Positions 58,643 to 64,000 of a stretch of 64,000 bases of DNA are shown here, piece by piece. The notes under the pieces were generated by a model. The model saw only the letters and a program-made list of their open reading frames with translations, was not told the origin of the DNA and did not search any database. Made by a program: the position numbers and the translations under genes. Every line of letters starts with the position of its first letter. Positions within the stretch are counted from its first letter, which is position 1. This stretch comes from Acidimicrobiia bacterium (GTDB lineage: Bacteria > Actinomycetota > Acidimicrobiia > IMCC26256 > PALSA-555), in contig JBBECS010000050.1 in assembly GCA_040881685.1 (NCBI GenBank), forward strand, positions 9,779-73,778. The letters run 5' to 3'.

Positions 58643-59602
58643 TCACCGTGTCGATTCGTACCGCGCCAGGACGCGCGCGGCCGCAGAACCGACGACCTGA
58701 CGCGCTTCGGGCGGGTCCAGTACCTCGACCGCAGGTCCGAGACCCAGGACGAGCCGCTCGAGGAACCCCGCGGCGCTCACGGGGAGCACGACGTCGACAC
58801 GGCCGCGCGTTCGCGGGGTCACCGACTCGGTCGGCAGGTTCTCGACAACCCACGCGGCCTCCGGTGCGAGGCGCAGCTTCACCCGGAGATCACCAGGATC
58901 GGGTCGGTACACGAGGTCGCTGAAGTCCTCGTCCGTGCTAGCAGGCTTGATCGGGGTCGTGATCGTCTCCCCGGTTGAGCGAACCGACCGGATCCGATCC
59001 ACGCGGAAGAGTCGATCCCCGCCCGCGGCGTGGCAGTACGCGGCGAGGTACCACTCGCCGAACGCATGGAACACGCGCGCGGGGTCAACGACGCGGGTCG
59101 TCATCTCGTCGCGGGCAAACGAGTAATACTCGATCTCCAGCTGTGCGTGAGCCGCGACGGCTTCCCGGAGCTGTTGGAGATCTCCTGCGTCGCCCACGTC
59201 GACCGCCACCCCACCGCGCGCCCCGAGGGCGTGCTCGACCTTGTCCAGCGCGCTGGCCAGCGGGCCCTCGGCGTCAGCACCGGGGACCGCGAGCAAGGCT
59301 CGGCCTGCCGCCAACAGTGCGATGCCCTCGGCCGGTGTGAGTCGGAGCGGCCGCTCGAAGTACTCAGCGAGTCGCAGCGATACGGCGCCGTCGTCAGCGA
59401 CCCACACATCGATCAGTCGGTCGGCCGTGTACGGCGGGAGCCCGCACATCGGCAGCAGCTCGAGATCGCGCTCGATCTCGTGCGCGTCGATCTCGAAGCG
59501 CTGCGCGAGCTCGGGAATCGTCACCCCGGGATGGGTCAGGATCCACGGCACGAGCGCGAGCATCCGCTCGAGGCGCGGGCCGGACGGCGGAGTGCGGGTC
59601 AT
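58643..59602 (-). CDS. pafC: WYL-domain transcription factor PafC
   Basis: RMLALVPW wHTH; WYL motif (GEWYLAAYC..RLFRVDRI). Confidence 0.9.
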   Translation of the reverse strand: MTRTPPSGPRLERMLALVPWILTHPGVTIPELAQRFEIDAHEIERDLELLPMCGLPPYTADRLIDVWVADDGAVSLRLAEYFERPLRLTPAEGIALLAAGRALLAVPGADAEGPLASALDKVEHALGARGGVAVDVGDAGDLQQLREAVAAHAQLEIEYYSFARDEMTTRVVDPARVFHAFGEWYLAAYCHAAGGDRLFRVDRIRSVRSTGETITTPIKPASTDEDFSDLVYRPDPGDLRVKLRLAPEAAWVVENLPTESVTPRTRGRVDVVLPVSAAGFLERLVLGLGPAVEVLDPPEARQVVGSAAARVLARYESTR

Positions 59603-60528
59603 TGCGATGCCGCCACCAGGTTGCGAAGCCACTCGATGACGTCGCTCCGAAGCTCCTCGGGCGCGATCACCTCGGCGTGCTCCAACAGGCCGAGGACCCA
59701 GGTGCGGAAGGCGGCACGGTTGACGACCGAGAGACCGACGACGACCGCGCCGTCCTTGCGCCGTTCGACGACCGCGTCTTCACCCAGCTCGTCGACCACC
59801 CACGCGGCGCGGGTTGCATCCACCAACACGCGCGCTTGCACCGGCTGTTCGTCGCCGTACGTGAGAGGGTCGGCTCGTAGGTACTCGGCCGGGTCGACAT
59901 CGGGCGGTGAGACGAACGCGCCGGCATCTCCGTACGCGGGTGATCCTTCGATGCGCTCCACGCGAAACGCGCGTGGCGCTTGACGCTCTTGGTCGCGTCC
60001 GACGACGTACCAGTGCCCGAACCGGTGCACGACTCCGTACGGCTCAAGGCTGCGCGTCTCGCCCCGGTACTCGAACGTCACGACGCGGCGCTTCGTGACG
60101 GCGTCGAAGAGATCAGGGAGCGCGGGAGTCGCCTCCAGCTCCGCCAGTGGCGTAGCGGCAGATCCCTCGAACCCACCCAGCTTGCGCAGACCTTCACGAC
60201 CCGCGCCGCCGACGAGTCGGACCGCGGTGATCGCCACGTGCAGCGCCGCCCGCTCGTCCGCGCTGAGACCGAGGTCGGGCAGGTAGTAGTCCTCCGGGCG
60301 GATCCGATACCCGGGTTCCCCGCCCAAGCCGTCGATCGTCTCCACGGCAACGGGCACGCCCAGATCCCGCAGGGTCTCCTTGTCGCGCTCGAACGCGCGG
60401 CGCCGCGCGCTCTTTTCCGTCGGGTAAGCCGGCTCCAGTCGTTCGGCCAGCTCTTCGAGCGAGAGTGGTCGTCGCGTGTCGAGGAGCGTCGCCGTCAGGT
60501 TCACGAGCCGTTCCACTCGGTCGGTCAT
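59599..60528 (-). CDS. pafB: WYL-domain transcription factor PafB
   Basis: ERLVNL, RRAFERDKETLRDLGVP, GHWYVVG..RAFRVERI. Confidence 0.92.
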   Translation of the reverse strand: MTDRVERLVNLTATLLDTRRPLSLEELAERLEPAYPTEKSARRRAFERDKETLRDLGVPVAVETIDGLGGEPGYRIRPEDYYLPDLGLSADERAALHVAITAVRLVGGAGREGLRKLGGFEGSAATPLAELEATPALPDLFDAVTKRRVVTFEYRGETRSLEPYGVVHRFGHWYVVGRDQERQAPRAFRVERIEGSPAYGDAGAFVSPPDVDPAEYLRADPLTYGDEQPVQARVLVDATRAAWVVDELGEDAVVERRKDGAVVVGLSVVNRAAFRTWVLGLLEHAEVIAPEELRSDVIEWLRNLVAASQ

Positions 60529-61595
60529 GGGTTCGTCTGCATCGCATCCACCGCGACGATGCCGGCGGCGGCAGCCGCTAGGAACAAAACCGGATCGTCG
60601 GCGGCGCTTCGCCCCATCGAGACGATGTCGAGCTGGTGCTGAGCGAAGAGCTTCAGCACGTCCGGCGGGTCGACTTCGACCAGGTCGTGACGGGTATCGA
60701 TGCCTGCTGTCGCGAGGTCCGCTCGCAACCGCTCCTCCTCCGCACCGCCGACGAGCGGGAACGCCACCCGCACTCGCTCTCGACATGCAAGCCGCAGCGC
60801 GGTCGCGCTGTGGTGCGACAAGCCGTAATGGCGCGGTCTCGGATCGGCGAACGACACGCGCAGCGCGGCGATGGGAATCCCTTGGAGCGCCGCAACGGCG
60901 TCGAGCACCGGACCAACCTCCATGCCCGAGAAGCCCAGGCGGGTGTTCGTGCCCACGATCCCTGGCCCCATCGCGACGACAGCAACGTCGGCCTCGGCGA
61001 CATGCTTGGCGACCGCCAACGCCGAGAAGATCGACACCGCTTCGAAGTCGCCACCGAAGGCGTGACCGCAGGTCACCGTCGCATCGACGAGTGCACGGTC
61101 GCGAAGCTCGTACACGAGATCCGACATCGCGATCGGGAGCCCGGCGCCATCGGTCATGACGTAGACGACACGCGCCGTCGGGCACCGTTCCTTCACGGCG
61201 ACGGCCACGGCCGGTAGCTGGCTGTGCAGGGCCGCCGCGACGACAGGCAGGCCGTCGATCGACTCGACCTCCGCGAGGCTTTCGATGTGCTCTTCGCTGC
61301 TGCCGACGTCTGCCTGCAGGCTCGTGTAGCGACTCTTGATGATGTGGCCGGGGCCGCGCTCGCTCCAGCCTTCACGTTCGAGGTTCCAGTGCACGACGTG
61401 CCAGCCGCCCGTGCCCAGCCCCAGCTCGACGGCCGTCGTGTTCACGACCACGCGATCCCCGAGGGCGACCGTTCCCGTGAGCTGGAGCAGCACGTATGCC
61501 TGCTCCGGCCCGCTGCCGAGATCGACCTCCACCCTCTGGAGCCCCGAGCGCTCCTCGAGGAGGCGGGTCACAGTCCCCGATCGGAACGACGGCAT
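60525..61595 (-). CDS. DUF3866 family protein
   Basis: NTTAVELGLGTGG, GHIIKSRY, LHSQL, MTDGAGLP, TCGHAFGGD, MGPG..GT. Confidence 0.85.
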   Translation of the reverse strand: MPSFRSGTVTRLLEERSGLQRVEVDLGSGPEQAYVLLQLTGTVALGDRVVVNTTAVELGLGTGGWHVVHWNLEREGWSERGPGHIIKSRYTSLQADVGSSEEHIESLAEVESIDGLPVVAAALHSQLPAVAVAVKERCPTARVVYVMTDGAGLPIAMSDLVYELRDRALVDATVTCGHAFGGDFEAVSIFSALAVAKHVAEADVAVVAMGPGIVGTNTRLGFSGMEVGPVLDAVAALQGIPIAALRVSFADPRPRHYGLSHHSATALRLACRERVRVAFPLVGGAEEERLRADLATAGIDTRHDLVEVDPPDVLKLFAQHQLDIVSMGRSAADDPVLFLAAAAAGIVAVDAMQTNP

Positions 61596-61611
61596 CCGCG
61601 GTGAGCGACGG

Positions 61612-62970
61612 CTACAACGAAGCGATGAGCCGTTCGACGCGCTCGTCACGCGCTTTGAACGGGTCCTTGCAGAGCACGGTGCGCTGCGCCTGGTCGTTCA
61701 GCTTCAAGTGCACCCAGTCCACCGTGTAATCGCGCTTGCGCTCCTTGGCCCGCTTGATGAACGCGCCGCGCAGTCGCGCTCTCGTCGTCTGGGGAGGCGT
61801 GCTGACCGCGGTGTCGATCGCTTCATCGGTCGCCGTACGGTCGACCTGGCCGCGTCGCTCGAGCAGGTAGTACAGCGAACGTGAGCGAGTGACGTCGTGA
61901 TATGCGAGGTCGACCAAAGCGACGCGGGGATGCGTGAGCGGAAGGTCGTGACGCTCTCGATACGCCTCAATCAGGTGGTATTTCACGACCCAATCGATTT
62001 CGGTGCGCAGCTTGAGCGGGTCGTTCTCGAGGTGCGTCATGACGTGCTCCCACATGTCGAGCGCTTGCTGCTCGAGGGGTGAGAGACCGCGCTTCTTCGC
62101 GAACTTCATCGCTCGGTTCAGGTACTCGGCTTGCATCTCCACCGCCGAGAGCTCGCGACCGTTCGCAAGTCGCACACGACGCCTGCACGTCATGTCATGA
62201 CTGATCTCGCGGATGGCGCGAATCGGGTTCTCGAGCGACAGATCGCGCCAGGGACCGGGATCTTCCTCGAGCATGCGGAGGAGGATCGACGTGGTGCCGA
62301 CCTTCAGGAACGTCGTGTACTCGCTCATGTTCGAGTCGCCGACGATCACGTGCAGGCGCCGGAACCGCTCCGCGTCGGCGTGCGGCTCGTCACGGGTGTT
62401 GATGATCGGCCGTGAGCGGGTGGTGGCGCTCGACACGCCCTCCCAGATGTGCTCGGCCCGCTGTGAGATGCAGTACATGGCGCCGCGGGCCGTCTGGAGG
62501 ACCTTCCCGGCGCCGGCGTACACCTGGCGGGTGACCAGGAACGGGATCAGCACGTCGGTGAACTTGGTGAAGTCGCCTTCCCGTTCGACGAGGTAGTTCT
62601 CGTGGCAGCCATACGAGTTGCCCGCGGAGTCGGTGTTGTTCTTGAAGAGGAACACCTCGCCCCGGATGCCCTCCTCACGAAGCCGCTGCTCGGCGCTGCG
62701 GACCAGGCCCTCGAGAATGCGCTCCCCCGCCTTGTCATGGACGACGAGATCGTCGATCGCGTCGCATTCCGGCGTCGCGTATTCGGGATGGCTCCCGACG
62801 TCGAGGTACAACCGCGCGCCGTTCTCGAGGAAGACGTTGCTCGAGCGGCCCCACGACACGACGCGTCGGAAGAGGTAACGCGCGACCTCGTCAGGGCTCA
62901 GACGTCGCTGCCCACGCAGTGTGCACGTGACGCCGTACTCGTTCTCGAGCCCGAAGATCCGCCGTTCCAC
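61612..62970 (-). CDS. pafA: Pup--protein ligase PafA
   Basis: [51 protein letters not shown]. Confidence 0.97.
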   Translation of the reverse strand: MERRIFGLENEYGVTCTLRGQRRLSPDEVARYLFRRVVSWGRSSNVFLENGARLYLDVGSHPEYATPECDAIDDLVVHDKAGERILEGLVRSAEQRLREEGIRGEVFLFKNNTDSAGNSYGCHENYLVEREGDFTKFTDVLIPFLVTRQVYAGAGKVLQTARGAMYCISQRAEHIWEGVSSATTRSRPIINTRDEPHADAERFRRLHVIVGDSNMSEYTTFLKVGTTSILLRMLEEDPGPWRDLSLENPIRAIREISHDMTCRRRVRLANGRELSAVEMQAEYLNRAMKFAKKRGLSPLEQQALDMWEHVMTHLENDPLKLRTEIDWVVKYHLIEAYRERHDLPLTHPRVALVDLAYHDVTRSRSLYYLLERRGQVDRTATDEAIDTAVSTPPQTTRARLRGAFIKRAKERKRDYTVDWVHLKLNDQAQRTVLCKDPFKARDERVERLIASL

Positions 62971-63025
62971 ACCCCGAGCGTACCGGGCGGGCAACCCCGT
63001 CCTGGTGCAGTCCGTGGCGCCGCTC

Positions 63026-63592
63026 TCAGGTGCCGAAGATCGTCACCACGTCCTTGCAGGACTTCTCGTCATCGAACGCCTGCAGGAGATCCTGGTCGTT
63101 GAGCTCGCTGAACGGATCCGTGCGCTTCAAGTCCAAGAGATTGATCGCGACCTCGAACGCCGAGATGTCCGCCTGGAACGCGACACCGGTCGCGTCCGCA
63201 GCTCGGAACGACTCGAGCGCGTCGGACACCTCGCTGTGCACCGTCTTGAGTCCCGTGACGAAGAGCTTGGAGATCTTCTTTCCGTCATCGAGGTCGGGGC
63301 GCACCTTCTTGAGCTTCGTCTGGGCGCTCAACACATCGTCGAGCAGCGTCTCGGTGAGGTCGACGACCTGGCCCTGGAACTCCTCGGGGTCGGTCGAGGA
63401 CGTGTCCTGGTTGTAGGAGTCGATGAAGGTATTCACCTTGGCGGTCACGCTGCCGTACACGCCGCACACGGTCTTGGCGTACTTCGCGGTCGACACCGGC
63501 TTCGACTTGGCGCCGACCGAGGCGGAGGCAGTTCCCGCCAGCGCGATCACACCGACGACGGCTCCCGCCACACATGCCCGCCACGACTTCAC
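63026..63592 (-). CDS. Hypothetical secreted protein
   Basis: Sec-type signal peptide (..ALAGTASA), helical mature region with two Cys. Confidence 0.75.
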   Translation of the reverse strand: MKSWRACVAGAVVGVIALAGTASASVGAKSKPVSTAKYAKTVCGVYGSVTAKVNTFIDSYNQDTSSTDPEEFQGQVVDLTETLLDDVLSAQTKLKKVRPDLDDGKKISKLFVTGLKTVHSEVSDALESFRAADATGVAFQADISAFEVAINLLDLKRTDPFSELNDQDLLQAFDDEKSCKDVVTIFGT

Positions 63593-63691
63593 AGTGGTCC
63601 CCTCTCGAAGGCGAACGTTCTACCCCGGATAGACGAACGAACCGCGCCAGCGCTGTCACCCACCCGCGGGAGGCGGCGTGGGCTCATCTCG

Positions 63692-64000
63692 TCAGCCGGC
63701 GAGTAGCACTTCGAGCTCGGCGCCTCGGACGCGCTGGAAGGCGCGGCGGGTCCGTGCGCGATCGAGGAACGCGACCTCGAGTGCGCCGGCCCCGAGCGGC
63801 GGCTGGTCGGGCGCGGAGAGGACAGCGGCGCCGAGCTTCACCGCCGCAGCCCGCTCGGGCGCCAACTGGTACTGCGCACCGAGGGCCTCGGCAACCTGGT
63901 CCGACTGGCCACCGAGAACGCTGAAGCCCTCTTCGTCCATCACGGTGCCGTCGTAGAGGATGTGGAACAGCTCGTCCTCGGCGGGCGACTCCCCCACCTG
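63692..64000 (-). CDS. prcA: Proteasome alpha subunit, 3' part (5' end outside the window)
   Basis: LFHILYDGT, LEVAFLDR..RRAF; upstream of pafA. Confidence 0.85.
   Translation of the reverse strand, partial: QVGESPAEDELFHILYDGTVMDEEGFSVLGGQSDQVAEALGAQYQLAPERAAAVKLGAAVLSAPDQPPLGAGALEVAFLDRARTRRAFQRVRGAELEVLLAG

Noticed and set aside
58643-60528. WYL genes as an anti-phage defence island
   Set aside because: The paired wHTH-WYL genes in the pafA-tat-helY context are the housekeeping PafBC DNA-damage regulator.

Overview
High-GC actinobacterial chromosome segment. Its gene content (Pup-proteasome, SteAB, AroH, DUF4193, pafBC-tat-helY) suggests Acidimicrobiia; this taxon call is an inference. 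The window appears to span the replication terminus. A textbook actinobacterial dif site sits at 46496-46523, exactly where gene orientation flips from almost all + to almost all -. Left of dif are: the recN-steAB-pyrG-xerD block; scpAB-rluB-aroH-aroA-cmk-plsC-ispH-der; an orphan tadE-tadE-tadG cassette; tRNA-Pro(GGG); a MoxR/VWA/split-XdhC cassette; and the pgsA-gcvH-garA-MerR-gcvT-gcvP cluster with a tandem glycine riboswitch. Right of dif are lnt, DUF4193, a tandem-domain ThyX, helY-tatC-tatA, lepB and pafC-pafB-DUF3866-pafA-prcA. No CRISPR array, transposase or prophage was found. The most unusual signals are mostly non-coding: (1) a one-sided, strand-specific synonymous-site shift in the ~400 bp next to dif; (2) two copies of a 62-bp intergenic element with compensatory stem changes; (3) a ~95-nt rod-shaped RNA with a 13-codon uORF and U-tract upstream of DUF4193; (4) a DnaA-box cluster just after tRNA-Pro; and (5) two sigma28-like promoters. 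One coding signal also stands out: a divergent Hpt and a PD-(D/E)XK-like protein inserted into the conserved garA-MerR cluster. All motif calls and counts were made by eye, and no database searches were run.
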